DNA of 64,000 bases, taken from positions 1,256-65,255 of the forward strand of contig CAVIJJ010000002.1 of the NCBI GenBank assembly GCA_963643205.1. The letters run 5' to 3'. The stretch is from a bacterium (GTDB lineage: Bacteria; Bacillota; Clostridia; Christensenellales; CAG-138). The notes under the pieces are model-generated. The model had not been told where the DNA came from. It did not search any database and saw nothing but the letters and a program-made list of their open reading frames with translations. Both the position numbers and the translations under genes were made by a program. Below are positions 34,838 through 45,109 of this stretch, in pieces (positions within the stretch are counted from its first letter, which is position 1; each line of letters begins with the position of its first letter).

Positions 34838-35839
34838 TTACGCGTTAAAGCCCATTGCTTCGTATACCTTCTTAACGGTCTTGGAAGCGGCCTCACCGGC
34901 GCGAACGGCACCGGCCTTGATTACGCTGTGCAGATAATCCTTGTTGTCCATAAGGCGCGCGTACTCGGCCTGTATGGGGGCAAGGCCCTCTATTATGGCG
35001 TCGGCGGTTTCGTTCTTAAGCGCGCCGTAGTTCTGTCCCGCGAAATGCTCCTCCGCTTCCTGTATGGACTTGCCGGTAAAACTTGTGTATATCGCAAGCA
35101 GGTTTGAAACACCGGCCTTGTTCTCAACATCGTATTTGACTATGCCGTCGCAGTCCGTGACCGCCTTGCGCAGCTTTTTGCGTATAACGTCCGGCGTGTC
35201 TATTATGGACACAAAGCCGTTGGGGTTCGCGTCGGACTTGCTCATCTTCTGCGCGGGGTTCTGCAGGCTCATTACGCGGGAGCCGATCTTGGGCGTGTAT
35301 CCTTCGGGAATTGTGAATATGTCGCCATGGTTGCGGTTGAAGCGAATGGCTATGTCGCGGCAAATTTCAATATGCTGCCTCTGATCCTCGCCAACGGGCA
35401 CTATGTCGCTTTGATAAAGCAGTATGTCCGCCGCCATAAGCACGGGGTATGTGAAAAGGCCGGCGTTTATATTGTCCGCGTGCTTGGCGCTCTTGTCCTT
35501 AAACTGGGTCATGCGGTTAAGCTCGCCCATATAGGTTGCGCAGTTGAGCACCCAGCTAAGTTCGCAATGCTCCTTAACATCGGACTGAACGAATACAACG
35601 CTCTTTTCGGGATCAACGCCGCAGGCCAGAAGAAGGGCCGCGAGGGAAAGCGTGTTTTCCCGGAGCACGTCGGGATCCTGCTTAACGGTAATCGCGTGAA
35701 GATTGGCTACGCAGTAATAGCAGAGCCTGCCCTCTCCCTGAAGCAGCGGCCAGTTGCGCAGCGCCCCCACATAATTGCCTATCGTGGGTATGCCGGAAGG
35801 CTGAATACCGCTCAATACTATTTTCTTTCCGTTTTCCAT
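34838..35839 (-). CDS. trpS: Tryptophan--tRNA ligase
   Basis: MENGKKIVLSGIQPSG... with a KMSKS motif. The start is at ATG 35839 (AAAGGAGA 9 nt upstream) rather than the ORF-track 35866. Confidence 0.9.
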   Translation of the reverse strand: MENGKKIVLSGIQPSGIPTIGNYVGALRNWPLLQGEGRLCYYCVANLHAITVKQDPDVLRENTLSLAALLLACGVDPEKSVVFVQSDVKEHCELSWVLNCATYMGELNRMTQFKDKSAKHADNINAGLFTYPVLMAADILLYQSDIVPVGEDQRQHIEICRDIAIRFNRNHGDIFTIPEGYTPKIGSRVMSLQNPAQKMSKSDANPNGFVSIIDTPDVIRKKLRKAVTDCDGIVKYDVENKAGVSNLLAIYTSFTGKSIQEAEEHFAGQNYGALKNETADAIIEGLAPIQAEYARLMDNKDYLHSVIKAGAVRAGEAASKTVKKVYEAMGFNA

Positions 35840-35964
35840 AGCCAAAAGTTCTCCTTTGATAACCATAAAATCAACAAACTACATTATATCAGCTTGTTTT
35901 GCCTGTGGCAATGCCGGCTTCAAAATGGTACAATTATAAAGGCATAAAATCACGGAGGCACATT

Positions 35965-37572
35965 ATGGCTTATCAGGCATTATACAGAAAATATCGTCCC
36001 CAGCAGTTTTGCGACGTGCTTGGGCAGGAACATATAACAACAACGCTTAAAAATCAGGTTGAAAGCGGAAGGGTAAGCCATGCGTATGTGTTTTCGGGCA
36101 GCAGAGGTACCGGCAAAACCACAACGGCTAAAATACTCGCCCGCGCCGTAAACTGCGCCCATCCCGTAAGCGGCGAACCCTGCGGGGAATGCGAATACTG
36201 CCTTGCCGCGGCGGACAGCGCGGACATAATAGAGCTTGACGCCGCCAGCAACACAAGCGTTGACGATATGCGCGCCATAATAGACAAGGCCCGTTTTACC
36301 CCGCTTAAGCTTAAAAAGAAGGTTTATATAATAGACGAGGCGCACATGCTTTCCCGCGCGGCGTTCAATGCCCTTCTTAAAACGCTTGAAGAGCCGCCGG
36401 AGCACGTTCTTTTCATATTGGCTACAACCGAGCCTCAGAGCATACCCGCGACGATTATTTCAAGATGCCAGCGCTTTGATTTTCACAGAATAGGCGTGGA
36501 GGACATAATAAATTGCGTGAGGAGCGCCGTTAATAAGGCGGGCGCGAATATAGACGACGAAGGCCTGCTTGTTATAGCCCGCGCGGCGGACGGCGGCATG
36601 AGAGATGCGCTCAGCATTGCCGACCAGTGCATAGCCTTCTGCGGAAACAATGTGACCGCGCGCGATATATACGGCGTGCTTGGCGGAATGGACTCATCCT
36701 TCCTTTTCAGCACGGCGGACGCGCTTATAAACGGCGATGCCGCGCTTGCGATAAGAAGTCTGGACAGCGTGATAGAGCAGGGCAGGGACATGAGCGTTTT
36801 CGCCAACGATATGGCAAAGCATTTCAGGTCGCTGCTTATAGCTAAGCTTTGCGGCAAGAGCGAGGATATATTAAGCTGCACGCCGGATACAATGGCAAGG
36901 TATATCGAGCAGGCGTCACGCTGCGGCGAAACCAGGCTGAGAGCAGCGCTTGATGTGCTTATGGACGCAGTTTCCGGAATAAGATATATTTCATTGCCGA
37001 GAGTAAAGCTTGAAAGCGCGTTTATACGCATAGCCTCGCCCGAAAAGACTGCCGCTGAGGACACAAGCGGCCTTATGGAAAGGCTTGAGGCAATGGAAAC
37101 AAAACTCAGCGAAATGGCGAAGGGCGGATACGTCCCCGTTCAGACCGCGCAGCAGACGATTGCCGCGGTGCCTGCGCAAACGCAGAGCGTTCCGGCTCAG
37201 GCCGCGAATACGGAGAAGCAAAATACGCAGCAAACACCAATGCCCGCCGCCGCGCCGGCGCAGGGCGGTATGGACGCGAAGACGCTTTGGAATTATATCT
37301 GCAGTGAATTGGATAAGAAGAACCCAACGCTTCCGCCGCTTGGCAGAAAGAGCGAATGCAGAATAGAAGGGAATATACTTTATATTTATCTGCCGAGGCA
37401 GAGCATTGTTAACCTGTTTATTATGCCGAATAATCTTAAGATGGCGCAGGATGCACTTGACGCGAGAGCGACAGGCTTAACAATACGCTACGCAACCAAG
37501 GAAATGAGCGGCGAATCCCTGGCGGAGACGGCGAAAAAGGCATTCGGCTCCATAATCGAGATAGTTGAGTGA
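35965..37572 (+). CDS. dnaX: DNA polymerase III subunit gamma/tau
   Basis: MAYQALYRKYRPQQF, Walker A GSRGTGKTT, a zinc module CGECEYC and DEAHML. The start is at 35965, after GGAGG. Confidence 0.9.
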   Translation: MAYQALYRKYRPQQFCDVLGQEHITTTLKNQVESGRVSHAYVFSGSRGTGKTTTAKILARAVNCAHPVSGEPCGECEYCLAAADSADIIELDAASNTSVDDMRAIIDKARFTPLKLKKKVYIIDEAHMLSRAAFNALLKTLEEPPEHVLFILATTEPQSIPATIISRCQRFDFHRIGVEDIINCVRSAVNKAGANIDDEGLLVIARAADGGMRDALSIADQCIAFCGNNVTARDIYGVLGGMDSSFLFSTADALINGDAALAIRSLDSVIEQGRDMSVFANDMAKHFRSLLIAKLCGKSEDILSCTPDTMARYIEQASRCGETRLRAALDVLMDAVSGIRYISLPRVKLESAFIRIASPEKTAAEDTSGLMERLEAMETKLSEMAKGGYVPVQTAQQTIAAVPAQTQSVPAQAANTEKQNTQQTPMPAAAPAQGGMDAKTLWNYICSELDKKNPTLPPLGRKSECRIEGNILYIYLPRQSIVNLFIMPNNLKMAQDALDARATGLTIRYATKEMSGESLAETAKKAFGSIIEIVE

Positions 37573-37641
37573 AAATCGGATATATGATATAATCATTATT
37601 CGGCAAATAATAAAATAACACGATATAAACGGAGGATAATT

Positions 37642-37980
37642 ATGGCAAGAAACGGTTTTCCCGGAGCAATGGGCGGCGGAAATATGCAGCAGCTTATGCG
37701 CCAGGCGCAGAAAATGCAGCAGGACATGACCCGTATACAGCAGGAAATAGGCGAGCGTGAGTTCACGGCAAGCGTGGGCGGCGGCGTTGTAAGCGCTACG
37801 GTGCTCGGCACGAAGGAACTTAAGAGCGTTACCATAGATCCCTCCTGCGTGGATCCGGACGATGTGGAAATGCTGCAGGATCTTATAATAAGCGCGGTGA
37901 ACGAGGCTATGCGAAACGCCGAGGAAACCATGAATACCGAAATGAACAAGGTTACCGGGGGCATGAAGCTGGGCTTCTGA
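37642..37980 (+). CDS. ybaB: YbaB/EbfC nucleoid-associated protein
   Basis: 112 aa ([16 protein letters not shown]...) in the canonical dnaX-ybaB-recR order. Confidence 0.9.
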   Translation: MARNGFPGAMGGGNMQQLMRQAQKMQQDMTRIQQEIGEREFTASVGGGVVSATVLGTKELKSVTIDPSCVDPDDVEMLQDLIISAVNEAMRNAEETMNTEMNKVTGGMKLGF

Positions 37981-38002
37981 TGCCCGAACGAAGGGGCTAA
38001 GA

Positions 38003-38593
38003 ATGATAGAACCCATTAACACGCTGTGTGCGCAGCTTGCCAAGCTGCCGGGAGTGGGCGCGAAGAGCGCGCAAAGGCTCGCCTATTATATTCTTGATAT
38101 GAGCGACGCCTCGGCAAAGGAGCTTGCGGACAGCATTATAAACGCGAAGGAAAAGGTGCGCTATTGCCCTATCTGCGGCAACTATACGGATACTGAGCCC
38201 TGCGCTATATGCGCCGATGAAAAGCGCAGCGGAGAGGTTATTTGCGTGGTGGAGGACCCAAGAGAGGTCTTTGCCATGGAAAAGCTTAGGGAGTATCGCG
38301 GCCGCTACCATGTGCTGCACGGCGCCATATCGCCTACCGACGGCATAGGCCCGGGAGATATTCGCATAAAGGAGCTTATAGAGCGCGTTGATGCCGGCGG
38401 GGTGAAGGAGGTTATACTCGCCACCAATCCGGACGTTAAGGGCGAGGCTACGGCAAGCTACATTGCCCGCGTGCTCAAGCCCAAGGGCGTACGCGTAACA
38501 AGGATTGCCCGCGGAGTACCGATAGGCGGAAGCCTTGAATATGTTGATGAAATGACGCTGCTGAAGGCCGTTGAGGGCAGACGAGAGCTTTAA
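38003..38593 (+). CDS. recR: Recombination protein RecR
   Basis: HhH ([13 protein letters not shown]), a C4 zinc finger [16 protein letters not shown] and a Toprim domain. Confidence 0.9.
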   Translation: MIEPINTLCAQLAKLPGVGAKSAQRLAYYILDMSDASAKELADSIINAKEKVRYCPICGNYTDTEPCAICADEKRSGEVICVVEDPREVFAMEKLREYRGRYHVLHGAISPTDGIGPGDIRIKELIERVDAGGVKEVILATNPDVKGEATASYIARVLKPKGVRVTRIARGVPIGGSLEYVDEMTLLKAVEGRREL

Positions 38594-38718
38594 GAAGGCA
38601 AAAATTTATATAAATTTATATAAATTTTACTTTCTGTGCAACCTTTTGACGGCAAAGCGGGTTTATATTATAGAAAAGAAAGTCCGATGACAAAAACACT
38701 TGGGGAAGGAGGCACCGC

Positions 38719-39729
38719 ATGAACGCGAAAAAGAAACTTTTCACCGCGGCAAGGCGCATGCTTGCGCTGTACATGCTCGTTATTACGGCGGTGCTTTGCG
38801 CGTGCTCCGCTGAGCCGGAAGCCGTACCCGAGGCAAACGAGGCGGACATAACCGAAATGCAGCGGCTTTACAGGAACTCCTCCCTTGTGGTTATAGCGGA
38901 TTGCTTCCGCACCCATATGGACGCGGCGGGAAGAACCTGCTGCGATGTAACGGTTGAGAGCACCGTTGCGGGAACAGTCACCACCGGGAACGATGTGCTT
39001 CATTGCCCTAACGGCGGCATGAAGGAGGGCGAAACATACCTGCTTTATCTTGCCGAAGGTGAGGACGTGTACCAGAGCGAGGATATGGACAGCTACGCGA
39101 TAGTTGGCGATACAGCGTTCAGAATCAAAAACGATGTTGTGTATACGGAAGCATCCGTTATGGACATAGCCGATGTTGAATCGGCCATTAGTGAAGCGAA
39201 CAGGGTTATATCCGTGCAGGGTGAAAGCCTGTATTACCGCACACTGTCAACCCTTTCAAAGGGCAGCGATTATATCTTCATAGGCAAAATAAAGGAAATG
39301 CCCGAATTGAGCGAAATGTCATTTCGCTCAAACGAGAACGGGGCCATAATAGAAAACGAGCTGCCCGCCTCACTTATAAAGGTTGAGGTATACGGCTCTG
39401 TTAAGGGCGAGCTTAATTACGGCGACGAGATAGAGGTTGTTTACTGCCCCTCAATGGCGGACGACATTGTGGACGCGGCAACCCTTAAACCACTCACCTT
39501 TAGCGAAAGCAAGCTGCCCACGCCCGAGGAGGGCGGAACCTATCTGTTCTTCCTTGAGGAAGGGCCGGACGAAAAGCAGGATTATTACTTCGGCGTTAAT
39601 CCGCTGCAGTTTATAGCGAAGCTTAGCGACGGTGATTGTCTTAGCGTAAGCGGAGCGAACCGCGCGCTGAGCGGATATCGATCACTTGACGCGGTTGTAA
39701 GAAATATCAGGAAAGCAATAGACGGTTAA
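38719..39729 (+). CDS. Hypothetical lipoprotein
   Basis: Signal peptide with lipobox LCAC (AVLCACSAEPE). No recognisable domain. Confidence 0.55.
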   Translation: MNAKKKLFTAARRMLALYMLVITAVLCACSAEPEAVPEANEADITEMQRLYRNSSLVVIADCFRTHMDAAGRTCCDVTVESTVAGTVTTGNDVLHCPNGGMKEGETYLLYLAEGEDVYQSEDMDSYAIVGDTAFRIKNDVVYTEASVMDIADVESAISEANRVISVQGESLYYRTLSTLSKGSDYIFIGKIKEMPELSEMSFRSNENGAIIENELPASLIKVEVYGSVKGELNYGDEIEVVYCPSMADDIVDAATLKPLTFSESKLPTPEEGGTYLFFLEEGPDEKQDYYFGVNPLQFIAKLSDGDCLSVSGANRALSGYRSLDAVVRNIRKAIDG

Positions 39730-39738
39730 ATAACAAAA

Positions 39739-40365
39739 ATGAATAATATAGTGGCGTATGCGGCGGTAGCGTTGGCGGGCTATGTTATAGGCTCCGTTAA
39801 CGCGGCTGTTATTATCACCAAATATATATTGAAGCGCGATGTAAGGGAGCACGGCAGCAAAAACGCCGGCGCCGCTAATGTTACGCGCGTGTTCGGCCCC
39901 GTTGCCGGCGCGGGAACGCTTTTGCTTGATATGGCAAAGGTTATGCTGTCCATGTGGCTCGGCAGCGTTATAGCGGGGCAGACCGGCACAGCCGTGGCGG
40001 CGATAGCGTGCCTTACGGGGCATTGCTTCCCGGTATTCTTCCGCTTTAAGGGCGGCAAAGCCGTTGCGGTCACTGCGGGCATAGGCCTTTATATGGATTG
40101 GCGCGTGTTTTTAGTATGCGTAGCCATATACGCGCTTGCCTTCCTAATCAAAAAAACGGCGTCTATCGCCTCACTTTCGGGCGTTTCGTTTATGCCCATA
40201 ATGATGCTTATATTCGGCGGATACACTATAAGCCAATATGTTGTGGCTATAGTGGCCGTGACGTTCGTCTGGGTTATGCATTGGCAGAACATAGTGCGCA
40301 TTGCGCATCACGAGGAAAAGACATTCACCATGAATAAAAAGGCGGACAAGGAAGGCAAAAAGTAA
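39739..40365 (+). CDS. plsY: Glycerol-3-phosphate acyltransferase (acyl-phosphate dependent)
   Basis: PlsY motifs GSVNAAV, HGSKNAGAANV and GHCFPVFFRFKGGKAVA. Confidence 0.9.
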   Translation: MNNIVAYAAVALAGYVIGSVNAAVIITKYILKRDVREHGSKNAGAANVTRVFGPVAGAGTLLLDMAKVMLSMWLGSVIAGQTGTAVAAIACLTGHCFPVFFRFKGGKAVAVTAGIGLYMDWRVFLVCVAIYALAFLIKKTASIASLSGVSFMPIMMLIFGGYTISQYVVAIVAVTFVWVMHWQNIVRIAHHEEKTFTMNKKADKEGKK

Positions 40366-40379
40366 GCAGGTAAATTTGT

Positions 40380-40408
40380 GGAACGGCACCCGGCCGTTCC
40401 TTTTTTTA
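40380..40408 (+). terminator. Rho-independent terminator
   Basis: GGAACGGC-acccg-GCCGTTCC followed by TTTTTTT. Confidence 0.85.
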
Positions 40409-40476
40409 TTGCAAAAAAAGTTTGTATGATATATCATTTGAAAACATAAATAAAGCAAAGCGCAAGGAGATGAATT

Positions 40477-41193
40477 ATGGATTCTCATTTGAAGCCTCGC
40501 ATAGGCATACTTATAAGGATAAAGCTTGGGGATTACCATTATGTTATAGGCCAAAGAGATGTGGACAGCATCAGGGCCGCGGGCGGATTACCTGTTTTAA
40601 TACCCGTAACGGAATCGCTTGAGGATATATGCACGTATACGGACAGAATAGACGGCCTGTATATTCCCGGAGGGCCTGATATAAACGCCCTGCTGTTTGG
40701 GGAGGAACCCATACCCGGCATGGGCAGAAGCCGCCGCAGCGATGATTTGTTTGAAATGGAAATGATCAGAAACGCGGCATCAAAAAAGCTGCCTATGCTT
40801 GGCGTGTGCCGCGGGGAGCAGGTTATAAACACGGCCTTTGGCGGAACGCTTTATCAGGATATACCCTCGCAGTGCCCAAACGCAATAAGGCATTATCAGC
40901 CCGATTCCGGCACGGAGCTTACCCACAGCGTAAAAATCGCCAAGGATTCCGTGCTTTGCAATGTGATATGCAATAGCGAAAAAATAGAGGTAAACTCGTA
41001 TCATCATCAGGCTGTGAAAGACCTGGGACGGGGGCTGATAGCCTCGGGCTTTTCGGCGGATGGCTTAATAGAGGCCATAGAGAGCGAGGACGGGCTTATA
41101 ATCGGCGTGCAGTGGCACCCGGAAATGCTTAGGGATAAGCACGAGGTTCACGCGGCGCTGTTCAATTACCTTATAGAGTGCGCAAAAATTTAA
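40477..41193 (+). CDS. Class I glutamine amidotransferase-like gamma-glutamyl hydrolase (peptidase C26, PuuD-like)
   Basis: Nucleophile elbow LGVCRGEQVIN and NSYHHQAV. Confidence 0.8.
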   Translation: MDSHLKPRIGILIRIKLGDYHYVIGQRDVDSIRAAGGLPVLIPVTESLEDICTYTDRIDGLYIPGGPDINALLFGEEPIPGMGRSRRSDDLFEMEMIRNAASKKLPMLGVCRGEQVINTAFGGTLYQDIPSQCPNAIRHYQPDSGTELTHSVKIAKDSVLCNVICNSEKIEVNSYHHQAVKDLGRGLIASGFSADGLIEAIESEDGLIIGVQWHPEMLRDKHEVHAALFNYLIECAKI

Positions 41194-41202
41194 GGCTAAT
41201 AT

Positions 41203-41232
41203 AAAAGCCGCGGCATTATTGCCGCGGCTTTG
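41203..41232. terminator. Bidirectional terminator
   Basis: AAAGCCGCGGCA-ttatt-GCCGCGGCTTT between convergent genes. Confidence 0.8.
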
Positions 41233-41245
41233 CCGTGCGCTTTTC

Positions 41246-42406
41246 TTATATCAGTTCTTTTGCCATCTGCTCTATTTGGGCCGCGGAAGCGTCCTTCAGG
41301 GCGGATTTAATCGTAACGGTGGTATCAAGATAGGTTATGTTCTTGCTCTTTTCAAACATTGCGCGCATAACCTTTGCCGCCATGGGAGCCCACGCGCCGT
41401 TTTCTATAAAGCCTATGGTGCGGTTCTGGTAGCTGCGCTCGGTAAGGTGCTCGATAAACGTGCGCATAAACGGGAAAATATCGCCGTTATACGTTGTGGT
41501 GGCCAGAACAAGCTTACCGTAGCGGAACGCGTCTTCAACGGCTTCCGCCATATCCTCGCGGGCCAGGTCGCAAACAACAACCTTTTTGCAGCCAAGCTCC
41601 TTAAGCTTGTCGCTAAGCAGCTCAACCGCCGCTTTGGTGTGGCCGTAAACGGAAGTGTAGGCGATCATAACGCCTTCGCTTTCAACGCGGTAGCTTGACC
41701 AAATGTCATAAAGGTTTATGTAGTGCGCAAGGTTCTCCTTAAGCACGGGGCCGTGCAGAGGGCATATTATGGAAATATCAAGCGCGGCGGCCTTCTTCAG
41801 CAGCGCCTGCACCTGCGCGCCGTATTTGCCCACTATGCCTATGTAGTATCGCCTTGCCTCGCAGTCCCATTCCTCGTCCGCATCAAGCGCGCCGAACTTG
41901 CCGAAACCGTCCGCGGAGAAAAGCACCTTGTCCTTGGCATCGTATGTTACCATAACCTCGGGCCAGTGTACCATGGGCGCGAACACAAACGTAAGCGTGT
42001 GCTCGCCAAGGCTTATGCTTTCGCCGTTTGCCACAGTGACCTTTTTATCCTCGCTTACAACGCTTCCGAAAAAGTCCTCTATCATGCCGAATGTTTTGGC
42101 GTTGCCAACTATTTTAGCCTCAGGATAAACGGATATGAAGTTAGCGATGTTCGCCGAGTGGTCCGGCTCCATGTGCTGAACGACAAGGTAATCGGGGGTT
42201 CTGCCGCCGAGAGCTTCTTTAACATTGCTCAGCCATTCCTCGCCGAAGCGCGCGTCAACCGTGTCCATAACGGCTGTTTTCTCGTCCAGTATAACATAGG
42301 AATTGTACGCCATGCCGTTCGGCACAACGTATTGCCCCTCAAACAGGTCCACATCGTGGTCGTTTACGCCAACGTATAAAATGTCCTTTGTAACGTTAGT
42401 TATCAT
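41246..42406 (-). CDS. FprA-family flavodiiron protein (metallo-beta-lactamase + flavodoxin domains)
   Basis: Di-iron motif HMEPDH and a C-terminal flavodoxin-like domain (MIAYTSVYGHTK). Confidence 0.85.
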   Translation of the reverse strand: MITNVTKDILYVGVNDHDVDLFEGQYVVPNGMAYNSYVILDEKTAVMDTVDARFGEEWLSNVKEALGGRTPDYLVVQHMEPDHSANIANFISVYPEAKIVGNAKTFGMIEDFFGSVVSEDKKVTVANGESISLGEHTLTFVFAPMVHWPEVMVTYDAKDKVLFSADGFGKFGALDADEEWDCEARRYYIGIVGKYGAQVQALLKKAAALDISIICPLHGPVLKENLAHYINLYDIWSSYRVESEGVMIAYTSVYGHTKAAVELLSDKLKELGCKKVVVCDLAREDMAEAVEDAFRYGKLVLATTTYNGDIFPFMRTFIEHLTERSYQNRTIGFIENGAWAPMAAKVMRAMFEKSKNITYLDTTVTIKSALKDASAAQIEQMAKELI

Positions 42407-42438
42407 GATTTAATCCTCCTTTTCGGAATTAATAAAGC

Positions 42439-44079
42439 TTATTTTGCAAAAATATCGTCTATTATGCGAAGATACAGCTTCGGCACAACATCAAAGCTGT
42501 ACGGCACGTTCAGCCTTTCCGTGCTTTGGTGAAAGTCCTTGCCGCAGCCGCCCAGAACTATGCCGGGGACGCGCAGCTTTTTAAGCTCACCTATCGGAAA
42601 ACTGTAGCAAAGACTCGCTCCCGCAAGGTTGTTGAATAGCGCCTCGTAGTTTCCGCCCTCGCCAAGGCCGGTATAGCTCATGTCCGAAAGACCCATATAG
42701 TAGTCCTTAAGGGCAAGCTTCGCTCCGCATTCCTTTTCGGCGTAGGCTATAACGTCATTCACGGAATCAAGCAGCTTTTTCGCGTCCGGATCGCCTGTAT
42801 CCATATATACGTCCGGATAATACGGCGGAATGAACGCTATTATTATCATGGGCTGCTTTGCGCTGTAAAGCTCGTATACGCGGCGCACTATCTCTATGCC
42901 TATGTCCTGAAGCTCTGTCCCTTTAGCCGAAAGCGAATCAACAAGCCGCTTAAGTTCCTTATCAATGTCGCCGTGTTCAGCCTTAACCGCCGCGTAAAGC
43001 TCTGAATACGTCATAACCTTCGGGGTAAAATCCCGCGTTGTGAATGGGTGCGGCATTATCTTTTTGTATTTTTCAAGGTTCTCTCTGCGCTTTTTAAGCA
43101 CGTCCTCAAACGCGTCCGTCGCGATAGCCTTGAGGCGGCTTATTATGTCGTCCGGGTCAAGATCAAGCGTAAGCAGGCTGTAATAAGAAACGGCGTACAT
43201 CGGAACGGATACGGAGTAATTCGCCTTAAGGTCCTTCATTTTAAGGCATACGGCGGGCGGGGTACACTCGCCGCGGGCGGATTCGCAGTAGTCCGTATTA
43301 AGCGCAAGGCGCGAATAAAGCGCGGCGTTCAGCGCGTTTGCGTCAAGCCCTACAAATGGCTCGTCGGCGTGGCTGCCCTTGCCGGCCATGAAGAAAAGCG
43401 GCATAACCTTTCCCGTGGCGCCGTAGTGAATATAGTGCGTGGGGTCGTGCTCCATGTCGTCATTAAGATAGCATTCGGCAAGCAGCAGCGCCCGGTATTT
43501 AAGCGAGCGTTCCTCGGCGAATTTATTGAAAAACGGCGCGGCGGCAAGCATACCCTCGGAGTTTGTTTCCTCCCCGCATACGGCAACATAAAGCAGGTTT
43601 CCGTTAAGCTCAGCCGGATTTTCACCATAATGCCTTAAAAGCTCTATTATAAGCGCGTGACCGAATTTCATATCCGCGCACCCGCGGCCGAAAAGCCATT
43701 CCCCGCTTTCAAGATCGCGCCTGCAATCATCGCTCATGGGGAGCTCGTTCATGCGCCCTGTTATCGCGTTAAGGTCAAACGCTATGTCCTTAAGCTGAGC
43801 GTATTCGTCAACGTCAACCACGTCGTAATGCCCGGTAAGTATAACGGTATCTTCGGTTTGGCGGGGCGATTGCATAAACGCCGCGACTATGCTCCTGTTA
43901 AGCGAGTCCCCCTCAACGGGCACGGTGAAAACGTTTTCCGGGTGCGCCTTGAAATAATCAAGCTCCCTAAGCATATTGAGAATCACTTCCGCGCCCTTCG
44001 TTTCGTCCGGTGTGCCGGATATGCTCGGCGCCGCCATAAGACGGGCAAGGTTGTTGTAAAGATTTTGTTTATTTATCAT
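42439..44079 (-). CDS. M20/M25/M40 family metallohydrolase (RocB-like)
   Basis: HYDVVDV and GRGCADMK motifs of M20 peptidases. The start was chosen at ATG 44079 (GGAG 10 nt upstream); the ORF track extends to 44109. Confidence 0.7.
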   Translation of the reverse strand: MINKQNLYNNLARLMAAPSISGTPDETKGAEVILNMLRELDYFKAHPENVFTVPVEGDSLNRSIVAAFMQSPRQTEDTVILTGHYDVVDVDEYAQLKDIAFDLNAITGRMNELPMSDDCRRDLESGEWLFGRGCADMKFGHALIIELLRHYGENPAELNGNLLYVAVCGEETNSEGMLAAAPFFNKFAEERSLKYRALLLAECYLNDDMEHDPTHYIHYGATGKVMPLFFMAGKGSHADEPFVGLDANALNAALYSRLALNTDYCESARGECTPPAVCLKMKDLKANYSVSVPMYAVSYYSLLTLDLDPDDIISRLKAIATDAFEDVLKKRRENLEKYKKIMPHPFTTRDFTPKVMTYSELYAAVKAEHGDIDKELKRLVDSLSAKGTELQDIGIEIVRRVYELYSAKQPMIIIAFIPPYYPDVYMDTGDPDAKKLLDSVNDVIAYAEKECGAKLALKDYYMGLSDMSYTGLGEGGNYEALFNNLAGASLCYSFPIGELKKLRVPGIVLGGCGKDFHQSTERLNVPYSFDVVPKLYLRIIDDIFAK

Positions 44080-44360
44080 TGCGCTCTGCTCCGTTCGGAT
44101 ATTATGCATATATTATAATACAATACCTCGGGCGATAAAAGCTACATAAAACAGAGGCGAAACCGTGAAATTTCAATAAAGCTTAGAGCATATGGCAAAT
44201 GGCCTTTACAATAAATCGGCGGCATAATATAATCCGATTAAGAGGGCGGGTAAGATACGCCCGACCGCTTGCGGCAGCTTTGATTTTTATTGTGAATATC
44301 GCAACTTTTTACGCGCGACAAACGTGTATATTATATAAAATACCGGGAGGAAATTTTGCC

Positions 44361-44963
44361 ATGAAAAGATTTGCATTGATTCTGCTGGCGGTAACTGCGC
44401 TTTGCTCTATGGCCGTAACTGGCTGCACGGCAAAAGAAACCGCTTCGGAACCGCTTACGAACGATACAGAGGCGGCAAGTGAACAGTACGTGCGGCTTTT
44501 GGATAATTTGGAAAACGCGGGAAATGAACTGAGTGATTGCTATGGCGGGGCGTACATTAACGGCGACGGTAATTTGGTTGTTTGCGTAACGGATGATTAC
44601 GATACGGACAGCAATCTGGTTCAGGAATATACGGGCAACGACGATATAATTATTAAAACCGTTGAATATACGTATGATGAGCTTGAACTGGAGCAGGAGA
44701 AAATGGTTGAGAAGTATGAATCAATGAGGGAAAAGTATTCCGACGAAGCGGATGAGTCAACCCTATCCGATGCGGAGCTTGCGATAAAGGAATTGTATTC
44801 ATCAATCGGCAGTATGTATGTTGATGAAGAAAAGAATACACTTGTCGTTGAAATCAGAGATTTGAATGATGATAAAAAGGCGGCGTTTAAGGAAACGTTC
44901 TCCGATAAGTCGTTTATCACGTTTGCCGAAGGATATAACAACGCCGCGACAAGCGCGGACTGA
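44361..44963 (+). CDS. Hypothetical lipoprotein
   Basis: MKRFALILLAVTALCSMAVTGC lipobox with a GGGAGG RBS. The ORF-track N-terminal extension from 44199 was rejected. Confidence 0.55.
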   Translation: MKRFALILLAVTALCSMAVTGCTAKETASEPLTNDTEAASEQYVRLLDNLENAGNELSDCYGGAYINGDGNLVVCVTDDYDTDSNLVQEYTGNDDIIIKTVEYTYDELELEQEKMVEKYESMREKYSDEADESTLSDAELAIKELYSSIGSMYVDEEKNTLVVEIRDLNDDKKAAFKETFSDKSFITFAEGYNNAATSAD

Positions 44964-44987
44964 TAATACAAAGAAGAAAACAATATT

Positions 44988-45023
44988 AATCCCGCACAGG
45001 ATAACCCCTACGCGGGATTTTTT
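44988..45023 (+). terminator. Rho-independent terminator
   Basis: AATCCCGC-loop-GCGGGATT followed by TTTT. Confidence 0.75.
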
Positions 45024-45109
45024 ATGCTGTTTTACGGTGCGCTCAGATACTTTTATTATTTGAAAAAATGCATTATAATTATACTGGATAGAAGTTTTGG
45101 AGGATTATC

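Noticed and set aside
35840-35964. T-box leaders upstream of trpS (35840-35964) and metG (30469-30553)
   Set aside because: The leaders are only about 85-125 nt, with no specifier-loop or T-box sequence (AAnnnGGGTGGTACCGCG-like). That is too short for a T-box.
38600-38632. AT-rich direct repeats (AAATTTATAT x2-3) downstream of recR
   Set aside because: This is short, low-complexity AT-rich intergenic sequence, probably part of a promoter or UP region. There is no evidence for a specific element.
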